This document shows positions 23,169 through 36,407 of a DNA stretch of 64,000 nt, in pieces. The stretch spans positions 36,159,871 to 36,223,870 of the forward strand of contig NC_068994.1 of NCBI RefSeq assembly GCF_001194135.2, read 5' to 3'. The notes beneath the pieces were generated by a model. It did no database searches. It had not been told where the DNA came from and saw only the letters and a program-made list of their open reading frames with translations. Made by a program: the position numbers and the translations under genes. The DNA is from Octopus bimaculoides. Lineage: Eukaryota. The number at the start of each line of letters is the position of its first letter. Positions within the stretch are counted from its first letter, which is position 1.

Positions 23169-26100
23169 GCCTGGTTCCTTCCCTGCGATCGTTTAGTCTC
23201 TTTATCTTCCTTCTCCCCGTTGCGTAACTGTTATTTCAAGCAAGCATTCACGAAACGTGTTCGTCTCAACACTTGTTGAAGGAGCTAGTTTTCACAGGAG
23301 CATCTATATATCCGTGAAGGTTTGCTGTAAGATAAATATATACATATTCTCTACATCTAAGGTTCATTATTTGCCTCTGTTTATCTCACACTGACATTGA
23401 ATACATCTTCAAATAATTTTAAATTTAGTTGGAGAATGAATTCATGGCTCGTTTAGATGAATCATGTGCTTCGTGAGCTTCTTGTGTTAAGTTATATAGA
23501 CATATACACCCCATCACAATTACATACAGATGTGAATAATACACACGCGTATTTGTATACATGTACTCAGACATATACGTGATTTCAAATGTCGTCTGCT
23601 ATCTGTTTGCATAAAGAAAGAAGCATTTTCTATTATACAAAGATGCTGTTTTTCATTATTTTTAATAGCATTTGAAGAAAAAAAATGTTTGAATAAATCA
23701 CATTAATGAAAATATATGCTAAATCACTTACGTAAATCACAAGAATTTCTTTCCAGTAATAACTAATGTTGCATATCTTACACGTAGTCGAGTCTTTTCA
23801 CAATGGCGTCTTAAAAATTGTTATTTGTGAAGAAAGATGTTTATCTTTTCATAACCAAATATTTATTCTAGTCAAGAAATTCAGTTATTAGCTTTGGCTA
23901 ATCTGTCACTAGGCTTTAAATATTTATTGGCTTGTTCAATATTTTCTTTTCAAACTTATCTCTTCGAACCGATTCAAGTTGAGCAAGCTAAATAAATGTC
24001 GTCTGTGACGCCAGCTCCAGTTTTAATGTTGCTGGAATTTTATTTTATTTTATTTTCACTGTTTCCTTATGATAGATAACTTGATATTTTTATCAGTTAA
24101 TTTTGTAAGAGTTATTATATTTGATTTGATTTATACTGGTAATTTCATTTGCTTGTGCTTCACTGTTTATCGATAACACATTATGCATTTCTCTTGTTCT
24201 GTTCTGATACTTGTTTCAAAGCGAATATTTTTAGAAATAGGGTTTTATATGTATAAAAATGATTGCATCGGTTTACGGTTTGTGGCTTGGCTATCAGAGA
24301 TATACTGTTGTTATAAATATCTCACATGAAAATGTACAAACGATTCTTTCTGAAATATATATATATATATGGATTCTTAAATGAAGTGATTTTTAGGTCG
24401 CGAAATTGTAAGTCTACAATAATACTGATTAAAATGATCTATACAGGCTTTCGTATATTATTAGCATTCAATAATGTATCGGATGTCTGCTGATATATCA
24501 TCTCAATGATCTTTCATAGACTTTATTAATCACTGAATAGAAGTTTGCTCTTCACCAGTCGAGTTCGCGACCTATTCGATCCCAGGCCATTAGTATTTCC
24601 ATCTAACTTCACTTATGTCACTTAGGAAAAGAGATTAGCTTCACACAATACTATTATTCTTGTCTTTCTATTAATCGGAGGATGCGCAACCATAAATAAA
24701 ATCAATGTGTCATTGAGATTCAAAAACATCTTCGAACATATATTTGTACTAACGAAAAACCAATGCAATCGGCCGGCTTGCCTGCTAAAAATAAGTATCA
24801 AATGTCTAAAAAGAAAAAGAAAAAAAGCAACAAAAAGCAGATTGGGATAATGTAATTTTAGTTCTACACTATGCTTTGAGATAAAGGCAGGATGATCACG
24901 GCAGGGACGCTTTTAGTCATAGGCCTCTTTAATCAAGACAATATTAGATAAGCTGAACAAAGAGAGCTTCAATACTGTCCCTTGACCACCTAGAAATAAC
25001 AGTCGAATGAAACTCACATCACACCTGTTAATAGCGTAGTTCTAGATGCAGTGAACTTAGTGAAATAAAAAAAGCAGGATGTTCACAACTGTATTGAAAA
25101 GAAACTGGAAGCAGGTGTGTAACTCCAGTGTTAGTTACCCAGCTATCAATGCAGCTCTCCAACAGAGAAAAGGTCTAAAAAAATGCTTGGAATTATCAGT
25201 GGGTGGGTATCTTGTCTTGAAGCAAGGCTAAAAAGAAACAAGTTGCACTGAAGGCCTCTGTTTGCAGCCCTCACATTTAAACCCATTGAAGAATACATAA
25301 GAATGCTTTTCATCATTTGTCTGATCAATTAGAGATTAAAAAAGGGCTCAACAACCACTGTAATAGTTATGCATTGTTACAGAAGTGCATAACATAGATT
25401 GCCAAATCTACCAACCAAGCTACAATTGGCCACAAGGTAAGTTAATGATGGATTCTCTCTGTAGTCTCTTAACTGGCTAGAAATATTGTCTTCAATGAAA
25501 AATATATTACACCATGCAGTCTATAGTAAATAAGGAAGTCATAACTGAAATACTTTTGCTTGTCCAGGACTAATTTGCAGCTAAACAACATTTTACATTG
25601 GTTCATAACATTAATTTGGAGAGGGAAAATCTCTGTCTAGTTTACTTGCTCTCTAGATATATTTCATTGCACAATGTAGTCTCTGGGTCACAAGCAAGAC
25701 AGAATAGTCACAGCTGAAACACACTCTGATCACAGGTTTGCTTGACCAGGTCTGACTTGTTAGCTAAACAACTGATGTTGACTAACTCCTTGGAAGGGCA
25801 AGATGTCAGTCATATTTTAAATGCATTCTAGATACATTTCATACAGTGTTAAAATGTGGCTGATTAGACCAATTTTTTTACAAAAGTTTTGCTTGACAAA
25901 CTTTTTTGGGGCCAGATTGGAAATGTCTTTGTCTTAAAGAACAATGTAAGTGAAAAATGGAACCGTGATTGCACAGCATCATAGTAACAGCTTGTCTTTT
26001 GAATTACTTTAATACGTGTTATTAAAGGAGTATATTATACTGTTAGTGTCAAATGAATGTTTTGAAGTATTTGGTTATGGCTAATTTCTAAGTTTAGTTC

Positions 26101-26283
26101 CTGCTGACATCAACTTTTCATCCCTCCAGGGTTGATGAATTATAATAGTAGTCAAGTATTAAGGCCAGTATAATTGACTAATTGAATCTCCTCAAAATTG
26201 CTTGCCTTTGAATTTATTATTGGAGTATGTACTCTTCCAAAGAGAGCTATAAATATTTTTGAGTGGTGGCAGTCAAAATATTC

Positions 26284-28082
26284 TTAGAATTGTGGGTTAA
26301 AAGTTTTGGTTCCTGTAACCAAAACTTGCAACAAGTGGCAATCAGTTAATACAGACTTAGAAATAGATTTAACATACTTCATCTTTGAAAATATCTTTTC
26401 ACATAAATAAATACTATCAAATGCTGAAACCCGATTCTGAGAAAAGGATTTAAAAAAAGTATATCCTTTGTCTGGAAAGCATTTATAAAGGATAATTAAC
26501 ATGTCCCTTTTGTATTGGTCATTTAATATGTCATTTGACTGCAGTTTGTAAATTAAAGTCAAAGATCTGTCTTTGATAGTGCAATGAAATGAATATTATA
26601 AGATTACCAATGCTTTCACATTTCATCAGAATCTGAAAAATATGGTTGAAACTGTAGCTTGAGATTGGTGAAAATGTCTTGAATAAATTTGAAAGGAAAT
26701 AGAGAATTTGCTTCTTCATTGTCCTTTTCCAAAGAGGGAGAGTGGTTGAAGTTACCTATCATCAACTGAAAGAAACAAAAGGTTAATTTATGTTGCAACG
26801 TATTCACTGTAGAGTATATGTTACATGTAAGCGCAGAAATCAGCTTGTGATCTGAAATTGAACTCATTAAGCTGCTTCATTAAAGCAGCTAAGAATGCTA
26901 GTTTCCACAATCATTCATCTTTGGCAAGTAGCAGCTGAATGAGATTATTCTCATTCAAAAAATGCCAGTCTCCATTTAAAATTCAAAAAGATATGAGATA
27001 ACTTTTCTGCTACTAAACCATTTTGCAGCAGTGTTATCGCAAATAGCTACAATCTGCTTCTATTTTTTCCAAAAATGTTCAAAAATAGTGATAACTGAGT
27101 GCATACGATGAAAAAATCTTCACTGTTGATATGGCTTGTTCTATCACATGATCTGAATGTTTTACATGAACTGTCTGTTGATAAATATCATGAAATGCTA
27201 TAGGTTTTGTACATCCCATTCTGTTACAAACCTTCTATAAACCAACAAGAAAGTATCAACATGTCTGTCTGACCTGCTTGAAATATCAGCCAAATATCTC
27301 TTAAATTACATCTTTACTGTCTTTAAAGAAAAAAAATAAAGGACATGTTGGATAAGAATTCTAGATCCCTGCACTTAAGAACAGTTTCAGTTGGGATATA
27401 TTTGATCATTGGACTTGGGGGCCAAGCAATAACTAACTTTGTATGCTTGTCTAACAAAACTTACTCCCCCCACCATCTGTTGTAATATACTTTAGACATT
27501 TCCAAAACCGGTTGAACATAGTCAGTGCTTTCTCTGTCTCTTTGAAAGTGTCTTCACAAGTAGTTCTTTCATACGGTGCTGCTCACTGAAGTTAGTTCTT
27601 CCATCACTCCAATGTTAACATTAATTTCCTGAATGAACAATAGCAACTGAATTGTCAGACACATCTGTTGATTCATAAAGAGCTTGAGAAAGCCACTGGA
27701 AATCTAGTGCTTAATTGTTTAATTGGCATAGGATGTTGTCTCCTGTGTCTTTGACCCTCCTAGCCACTGTTTTCTTTCTTAGTTAACAAATAAGCTTGTC
27801 TCAAACCAGCTTTAGTTGCAACATCATTATTAACATATATACTAATGAAGAACTATTTTTGTGATAAAAGAATTTCAAGCCTTCATATTTTTCATAGTGT
27901 AGTTTTCTTGTTTGAGAACAATGATATGAATACTTTGTTTGGTGATGCTTATGATACATACTAGTCCCACTAAATGTTATGCTCAATGCTTTGTTGTTTC
28001 TGTCAGTTACAAAATATTCCTTCACCCAATGTCCTTTCAAAATGCAACATTTCTGTCAATTTCTCAGCTTTTTTATCATGGC
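26284..28082 (-). mobile_element. hAT transposase relic, SPIN/GTF2IRD2-like
   Basis: Collinear fragments: HWVKEYFVTDRNNKAL; TVARRVKDTGDNILCQL...ESTDVSD; CEDTFKETEKAL; C-terminal LQSNDILNDQYK...FDSIYLCEKIFSKMKYVKS...LTDCHL. Many stops. Confidence 0.85.
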
Positions 28083-28443
28083 ATTATGACTAATATATAT
28101 AATATATATGAGTGTAATAAGACATCTTAAAATGCAAGTGGACAAATAACTGATTTGAGTATGTGCTGCTTTTAAGAATGTTATTGTCATAGAATGAACA
28201 GACACTCAAACTTTCAGGTACTGAGTTAAAAATATTTTTCCTAAGTATTGCTTTATATATAGAAAATTACTGCCTGAGTACAAGTCTTTAACTGGTGATG
28301 AACTAAAAATGTCATCTGTTTCAATGAGGGAATTTCAACACATTTAATGACATTGAAATTCAGCATGTGCCATGTTTATGATATGATATGAAAGATTAAA
28401 ATATTTTCAACTAGGGTTAATGGGAATGAATGTGGTCTCAGTG

Positions 28444-28663
28444 TACCAAGGGCTGCTGAAAAGTTCCTGGTTTGGGGTAAAAGAAAATTCTGGAGGATCA
28501 GTTAATTATGATTTTATTCAGCATATTCTTCTCTTAGATTCACACACTTATTGCAGCAGTCCTTCAGTTTTTCTAAGATCTGTAAAAGAACTTGAAAGGT
28601 TGGGTCTCTAACCAGGCCTTTAGTGATACCCTTAATCCAGGAACTTTGCAGCCCTCTTTCATA
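28444..28663. mobile_element. Mariner-type MITE
   Basis: Imperfect TIRs agggctgctgaaaagttcctgg / ccaggaactttgcagccct with TA at both ends. Confidence 0.7.
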
Positions 28664-29189
28664 TATGTAACACCAGTCAGTTTACCTGCTTTTATTAACA
28701 GACAAGTAAAGATTCTTGTCACTCTCATCTTTCTCTAAGTAGTAAATGTTTTTACCTTCCCAGTCCTGCTGTGATATAGTTTACATGAACAGTCAATTTA
28801 AAGTTTTACTCCTGGGGGAATGTAGATTTTTACTGAGTGAAACAATATAACTTTTGTTGTCTGTATTCACATGGAACATAGATTCATTTAAGGTCGCATC
28901 CAGATGAAATTTGCTTTAATTTTGATAAGGAAAGCAAAAGATATTTGTAATCAACATCACTTATTGATTGATAAAATTAGGCAGGAGTGGAGAAACTGTA
29001 CTTTACTTAGTTTACTGACCCTTTGTTTAATCCATTTGGTTATCTATTCACCATGATCAATGTTTTGTTCAAACATTCATACATGCATTATTTACTAAAT
29101 TTTTCAAAGTTTGTTATGCTGTGAGAAAAAGATACCAATATTTTAGACCACATGTATAGTGCTGGGCAGTATAACCATAAACCATATGT

Positions 29190-29945
29190 ATATGTATGTT
29201 TCATCTATATAGAGGAGACATGGAAAAGCCACCTCAATGATTGCTTCCTAATTTGGACCAAATCCCTAGAAAATCTGGAAGAATTCAGCACCCTCCTCAA
29301 CAATGTACACCCTAGTCTCAAATTCACAAGAAAAATGAGCAACACACAATTACCATTTCTTGACATAATGGTAATTAAAAACACCACCAAAATCACAACT
29401 GATATTTATTACAAAAGCACAAATACACACCAGTACCTAAATTTCAAATCATGCCACCCAACACACACATAAATCAACATCCTGTACTGTCTAGCCAGGA
29501 AAATTTGTACTATAGTCGATGATCCAGATACCAGAAACACATGACTTATAGAACTCAAAGGATTTCTGCTCAAGCAAAATTATCCTGTCCTACTTATAGA
29601 AAATAGCATACAAGCAAAAGAAATACCTACAGAACAACTTAGGGCAACACAAAAAAGACAAACCCATCAAAAGAACACAATACCATTTCTAGTAATTCAC
29701 AATCCACATCACCAAAACATTTTTAGCATCAAAACAAATTTGCTGATTATAAAATAAAGTTAAAAATTAATAAACATAATAACTAATCAAACACTTGTCT
29801 TAAGCAAAAGACAACCACATAACCTAAAGAAACTATTAACAAAGGCAAAATTCAACATGAACAAACAGGATAAAACATTTACAGTATCCAAATGTAATGA
29901 TAACAGATGTGGAACATATCAATACATGCATACTGGTAGATCCAT
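29190..29945 (+). mobile_element. Penelope-like retroelement fragment (RT C-terminus to start of GIY-YIG region)
   Basis: LNDCFLIW...HPSLKFT...LPFLDI...TDIYYKSTNTHQYLNFKSCHP...IPFLVIHNP...KRQPHNLKKLLTKAKF...KCNDNRCGTY. Confidence 0.88.
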
Positions 29946-29987
29946 TAGAATTTTGTTGTTGTTTTCTTGTCTTTTTCCTTTTTTGAA

Positions 29988-30021
<34 letters not shown>

Positions 30022-33000
30022 CCAAGAGAGTTAGGGGTAGAGGATCCAACCCTCTAAGGGATAGTATCTATCCAATATACTGCTGGGAGGGCATCCAATT
30101 ATTGTTACACTAGTGTTATACCAAGTGCAATAAGCGGGTGCGGGTAAAAGGGGGTTATTTTACCCTAAATTTATATATAGCAATAAGAAAATGGAGGAGA
30201 CTATGAGGTACTCATCAACTTGTAGACACTGTATTCCGTTGATTAATCTGTTTATTTTACAACTAAATTGACAAAAAACACAATATACAGACACTTATTT
30301 CTTCTTCAATGTCACTCTTTTCTAAATACTCTTCCAAACACTTCTTTCCTTTGAATATATAAATACTAATTCTTTACTGTTTTAAGAAGCAATTCCTTCC
30401 TATATCTACACTGTCATGGACTAAGGGAAAGAAAAACTTTCTGCTCAAAGAAGGACTTGTTTTAAAATATTGGTAAGTCTGATACTGGTGGTGTAGGTAT
30501 TAAGAAAGAAAGCTTTATTCTTTACCAATAAAATCAAATTTTGCTGATTCAGACCATCACTAGTTTCTTCATATTTTATCCCACACCACCCCACCTCTCT
30601 CTCAATTACACTCAGTAGTAAATTAGTTTTAGTGATGTACAAATAAAGGCTGCAAAATATTCAACACTAAAAGTAGATGAATAAAATACATACATGCATG
30701 CATGCATACATACATACATACATACACACATAAATGGATATAGTCACACAGTGCTACAGGAAATACACTTTCCCTAAATTAATCTCAGACTTCATTCATA
30801 TCAGTTTGATAATTCCTAAAATTGGTAATCAAATTTTAATTATATAGTGAATGCAATGTATCTAGGGTGCACATGAGAAATCTTATAAAACGTAAAGAAG
30901 TAAGGACTTTAATTAACCAATGCTATACCCATATCAAGGAGAGGCAAACATTATTAAACAATACTTCCGAAAGCTTGATTACCAACCATTATGATTTCTG
31001 ACTTTGAAGCCTGTTGTTTATTTTGAGAAGGTTATACATTGAACACAATATACATACTTAAATCAATATGTATCTTAAATGAGATCCCTAAAAATTGACT
31101 TCAGCAGATTGTTTTTATAAATATGTCAATTTTCTATGCCTACTTTCATACAATATTGTTCCTCTACTTAGTGTTCTCTCAATACTACTTCAACAATTAT
31201 GAAGTATATGCTTCACTAAAGATGTCTCATAAGTCTGAAATATGTTCAGCATTATCTCTCATAATTGCTGAAATTGTTAAAGAGTTATTAATCCTTGAAC
31301 CAATATTATCTTTTCTTCATAACATTATTTTCCATACTTTTCTTTATTAGATATGTTAAATCTAACTGAACCATATTGATTTGGGTTGTGAGTAATTTTG
31401 AAGCAACAAATATAGCAATGGACTTGTAGGTTGAATCTAGTTGCATTAGATATATACCCTAGTGAGGTATAAGTGTAGTAAGATATTAAATACAAAGTGT
31501 ATTAATGTTAGGTATTCTGCTAATAAGAATTTCAGTTTTTATATATAGAGGTTTGAATGCTGCCCAGGCTGAATGGAAAACAGATAGGCAAAGAACTGGC
31601 CTACACCAATCATGCAAGTGTGCAAAATTCATGAGAATTGCTCACTTGATGGTAACTATTTGATGAAGTTCATAACATACTCCACTAAAGCAGAAACAAA
31701 CATAAGGGAGCCTAAAATGTAAATTGGGGCAACTGAACTAACATTCAAAAATTGATTTTATAAGCACAATATATATATGTGTGTGTGTATGTGTATTTTA
31801 TGTATATGTGTGTATGTATGTTCTATGTCTCTTTGTCTTTACATTGTGATAATTGTAAACAATATCACTGTCATAAAAGCAGCATCATTTGTTTACAACC
31901 TTCCATGAAAACATGTCCTATCACTGTGCTCTTTTTGTTCACTGAATTAGAGGATATGTTACCTTTCTTGGAAGCAGGTGAGGGATGGTGACAACAAGAA
32001 TGTATGGTCACTGAAAAATTTACTTCAATAAATTATATCTGACTCATTACATAGAAAAGAGGGCTTTAAAATGATAATGATCATGATAGAGAAATTAGAG
32101 AAAGCATATTCAATACATGTAGTGGAGATTGTTTGTTTGAAGCAGATAACTGACTTCATTACTTTTCAGTTTTAAGGCAACAAAAACATATCACCTGAAG
32201 AATTGCATGCAGTGAGAAATTTTGAGTATCAACAGAGTGAATTATAATTTTTTATGAATGTGTGTGTGTAATTTTATAATTTAGATTTTGTATGTTTTTA
32301 ATTAGAAATTTGAAAAATTGTTTATCCTAGTGTTAATATAGGCTACTAATTTATAACAAGATTTTCTCCTAAGGAAATAAAATATTTCTCAGCATATAAT
32401 TTAAAATGAAGGCATTGCTTGTAAATATTATGGATGTTAAGCTGAGAAGTAATGCTGTTGTTGATGAGTGTACTGACCTTCATGTATGACTCTACTACTA
32501 TCAGATTTATGGAACTTACTTAAGAAATCAATGCTTTCCATTTGGATCTGTATACCAGATCCATTAGTGTGTTCATGGCTAAAAGTAAAAGTGCTAGAAA
32601 TGAAGGGGAAAAATGCTTGACAGTAATTTTTCATCCCTATAAGAGAAGCACAGGGCAAAACATGTTAATTGTTACAAATGAAGTTATATTTGTTTTTCGT
32701 GAAAAATAACTGCGTTTTTTTATAAACCTTGCAAATGTCATTAATTAAATTGCAATAGAACCCTGTTGCTATTAATGATTATAACATTTCTCTATGTTCA
32801 AGTAGCTTGCCATCTTACTGAACATTTCACTGGTCAATTATTTTGTTTAGTTACAAAAAAAAAAAACCCTAAAAAATAGAAATGTATGAAGCAAAGATAT
32901 CAAATCTTGGAAATTATGTTTTTGTATTTCATTGGTAATGTATTTTATGCAAATATAAAGTCTTTTAAAATGCTTTGTTAGATGTTATTTTTAGCTCAGT

Positions 33001-34088
33001 TAATCAGACATTGTTTTAGGGGTGGGAATAAGAGAATTTCAGTATAACTGTGGTTAGGTTTTTATTAAAATGTTAAATTAATCCATTTAGTAAATTACAC
33101 AGGTTTTAACAATCTTGAATATGAACAATTTATTGTTTTTAAATTTGCTAGCCATTTGAATTAAACATTAAAAAAATAATAAAATTAACTTCTCCTCCAA
33201 AACAAAGTATTGTTTTTCTTGAATGAAAATGCAAATTATTGCATGAAAATAATGTAGTTTTAATAGCAGTTTATTTGATAAAAATAGTGAAGTATGTTGC
33301 ATCTACTTTAGCCATATTATAATTTATTGAGGAACATTACATATTTCTAAATATAACTTTGCACTGCTACAGACTAAAGTAATCAAGATATTCAGGTATT
33401 TTTTATTTTATTTTATAGGATTTGCTTTCATTGGTTCTATAAAGTAACTTGAAATATATTAATCAATATTGATTGTAAATTGTGTAAATTTTATTTTTGT
33501 CTACCCTTCCATTTTGCTCTTGATATTGAGCAAAATTTTATTTATAATGTATATAAAACAAACTACGTCTAGACTACTGAGAGGTTTAATGAAAACTGTT
33601 TGCACAGTTTATGGTTAGTATTAAAAAAAATGAAAATTATTTCACAATTTAAACATTTGAAAATTGTTTTTCATAAAATATTTTAAATATATTTTTTGTT
33701 AATAAATTTTAAACAGTTGTGATGGAAGTTTGTGATTTTTGAATGTTGGTACTTGAAAAAAAATATATATAAATCAGATTATAACTTTAACTTATACAGA
33801 TTATAATCTCCTAATGTTCACTTAGACTATTTCTTATTCATAAATCCTCTGTGTTTCTATTGTGTTCAGCATTATCTTTTTCACAGTATGGACATACGAA
33901 GTTAAAGAAAATTTTTGTAATTTAAAATAATCTGAAGAGAATAACTTTCCATGCCACTGTTCATCAAAAAGCCAACCTTTACTGTAAAATTTCATCTATT
34001 TGTCAGATGTCTGTATTTCTTTCGACAGTAAGCTTATGAAGAATGTAATAATTCATTGTCTAAATGATTATCTCACACACTATATAAC

Positions 34089-34390
34089 CTATATTCTTCC
34101 AACCAATTGATATAAAAGATAAGATGTTGGGGCTCTGATTAGGTGCTGAGATCTATCTAGATATGCCTTTGACAAACCATACTTGTACTTCTTGCTTTTA
34201 GACCTATACATTACATTTGATACAGTTGATCCTTGGGTTCCCTTTGGAAGACTTGTACTCTGTGTATAGTTGACATCCAAATATTTATATTTGGTTAAGA
34301 TCAGAGCCATTACTATGCAAAGTACCAATATGCAATACTGAGACCTGTCCATTACAGCGCATACTTCTGTCTTCTCACGCTTTCCCTTGA
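34089..34390 (-). mobile_element. Decayed RT fragment of an RLE-type (R2/NeSL/HERO-like) non-LTR element
   Basis: YLDVNYTQSTSLPKGTQGS...KYGLSKAYLDRSQHLIRAPTSYLLYQL resembles RT domains 2-3 (Q.GF.PG..G....WLD..NAFGSV.H.LI). Similarity judged by eye. Confidence 0.4.
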
Positions 34391-36364
34391 TAAACTTCTT
34401 TTTAATATGACACTTAAAACAATTATTGTACAATAACAATTTTGAGAAACAGAGCAATGATTTCTTTTTCAAAAATAAGCTTTATAAATAAGAGTTTCCT
34501 TCCCTAACAAATATTATTGAAACCATCTGTTTCAAAATACACAAAGAAATCAGTTTCATAAATGCTGAATGTTTCAGTCAACATATAACCAAGTGGTCAG
34601 TCACTCTCCTCTACTTTTCCATAACAGGAAAGTTAAATTCTTTATCCCTTAATAAAATCAAAATGTTTGTCAACTCCATGGTTTCCAAAACTGACTACTG
34701 TAATTCCTTAGCTTTAGCAGATACACAATGTTCAAAACCTGCATTTGTATTATTGCTAACAAACTCTTCAAATTGAATACATCATACTCATTATTAAACT
34801 TAAACTGGTCACCAATGTATAAGATACTTTTCTCCTATTCCATGTTTATTATTGCATATGTTAATATTATGGATATTCTCTTAATGTGTGTTAGAAAAGT
34901 GCATTGCACCCTCATATCCATGAGAAACACCTCAAAGGTTGTGAACAAGAAGGGTGTCCAACCATAAAACATTACTCCATGCTAGCATGGAAAAGTGAAT
35001 GTAAAATTAGAAAGATGATGATTACTATTATGACTCATTGCATCAAATGTTTCAGGTGTTTTATAGGTGATAGGAACTATATTTTTACCCTTTCAAATTG
35101 GTTGATGCATAAAATTTAGGAAATTGGATGCTTTTTAACATATAGAGGTTAAATATATCAAACGATTAAGTAGATAATTTTCTACCTAAAAATAGACCAC
35201 ATAAAACTCACAGAGTCAACAAAATTTCATTTATGAATTAATATTCATTTTGAATTGCTAGTTGTATTTCATACTATAAAATTTCAGGAAATGATCTTGT
35301 TGACAAACATATTTTGAAAAATTTAGTTCGAACTTAGCCAACTACCAAAGCATGGTGCATTTATCTTTACCATTAAGAATTTCACTTATTTATACATTAC
35401 AGCTAATGGAATATATTTCTATCAAGATTTAAGATCCATTGAACTTCATATTTTAGGCTTTTACATGAAGTACAAACAGTTTTTGTTCATAAAAAGTAAA
35501 ATGGACATCAAGAGCATATTAACTGCATTTTTTTCCCTCTTTAAAGTAGGAAATTATGTGATAGCATTGCAATGGAAAAAAAATCAAAAGAAGTGTGGAG
35601 GATTGAGTTACCACTCCCACACATTAACTCGAAATAAATAAGTTGAATACTTCAGAGAAATTTAAAGGAAATTGAAAGCTATTCCTTTCCCATGATTAAA
35701 AGCTGATCATGATACAAAAAATATTGCACAGTTGATAAGTTGTCAACTTTATAGTAACGATGTATATTCATCATAAATATCAGTGTGATCAGGCCAATTT
35801 TCTTTACTTTTGTGGTTAATTGTCCATGAACGTGTGGTTAGTCTTATTGACTTTTGAGAGTTGTGATATTAATGCCGTTTCTCTTATGTAAAGAAAGAGA
35901 AAAGACCAAGAATCAAAAATAGTTTAAAGTTTGCCATATATATTTATGTTCTTTTTGATCATAATTAATATATTTTAATGAAGTATATCTTTTTAATGTC
36001 TTGAATATACTTAGTTCCTAATCACTTCACTTTGTATGCATGTATCTGTAATAACCGAAAGTAGAAAGAGAATTTACTTTGCACAAATTATGATATAAAT
36101 ATACCTTTAAAATTCATAAATAATTATTTATTTCTTTATGTGAAATAAAATTTTCAATTATATTGAGTTTTTTTTTAGTTTCTTTACAATCCAATGAGTT
36201 AGTTACTTACCACAAAAAGGGGGCAATTATATAATCATCTATTGTTTTGTTGATCTGTGAAATTTGTTTAATTGTTAAGGATTTTAATTAACTTGCTTTA
36301 ATATAATTGAAAGAATTTTTTTTTTTAAATATGTGAACAATAAGGGAATGGATTATGTCAGTAG

Positions 36365-36407
<43 letters not shown>

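Noticed and set aside
26595-26636. CTGATGA...GAAA...GTA on the minus strand (similar partial hits at 14357, 37451, 42356, 54950)
   Set aside because: Stems I, II or III cannot form; chance matches, one of them inside the hAT coding relic.
28771-28830. SQFKVLLLGE resembling a Rab G1 lead-in
   Set aside because: No GxxxxGKT follows and there is no good donor.
31553-31977. Exon-like segments (GLNAAQAEWKTDRQ...; 27-nt segment ending GCAG|GTGAGG)
   Set aside because: No homology, and I could not build a consistent phase chain.
34089-34472. 127-aa ORF resembling a type II membrane protein
   Set aside because: It is better explained as a decayed RLE-type RT segment; no convincing splice sites.
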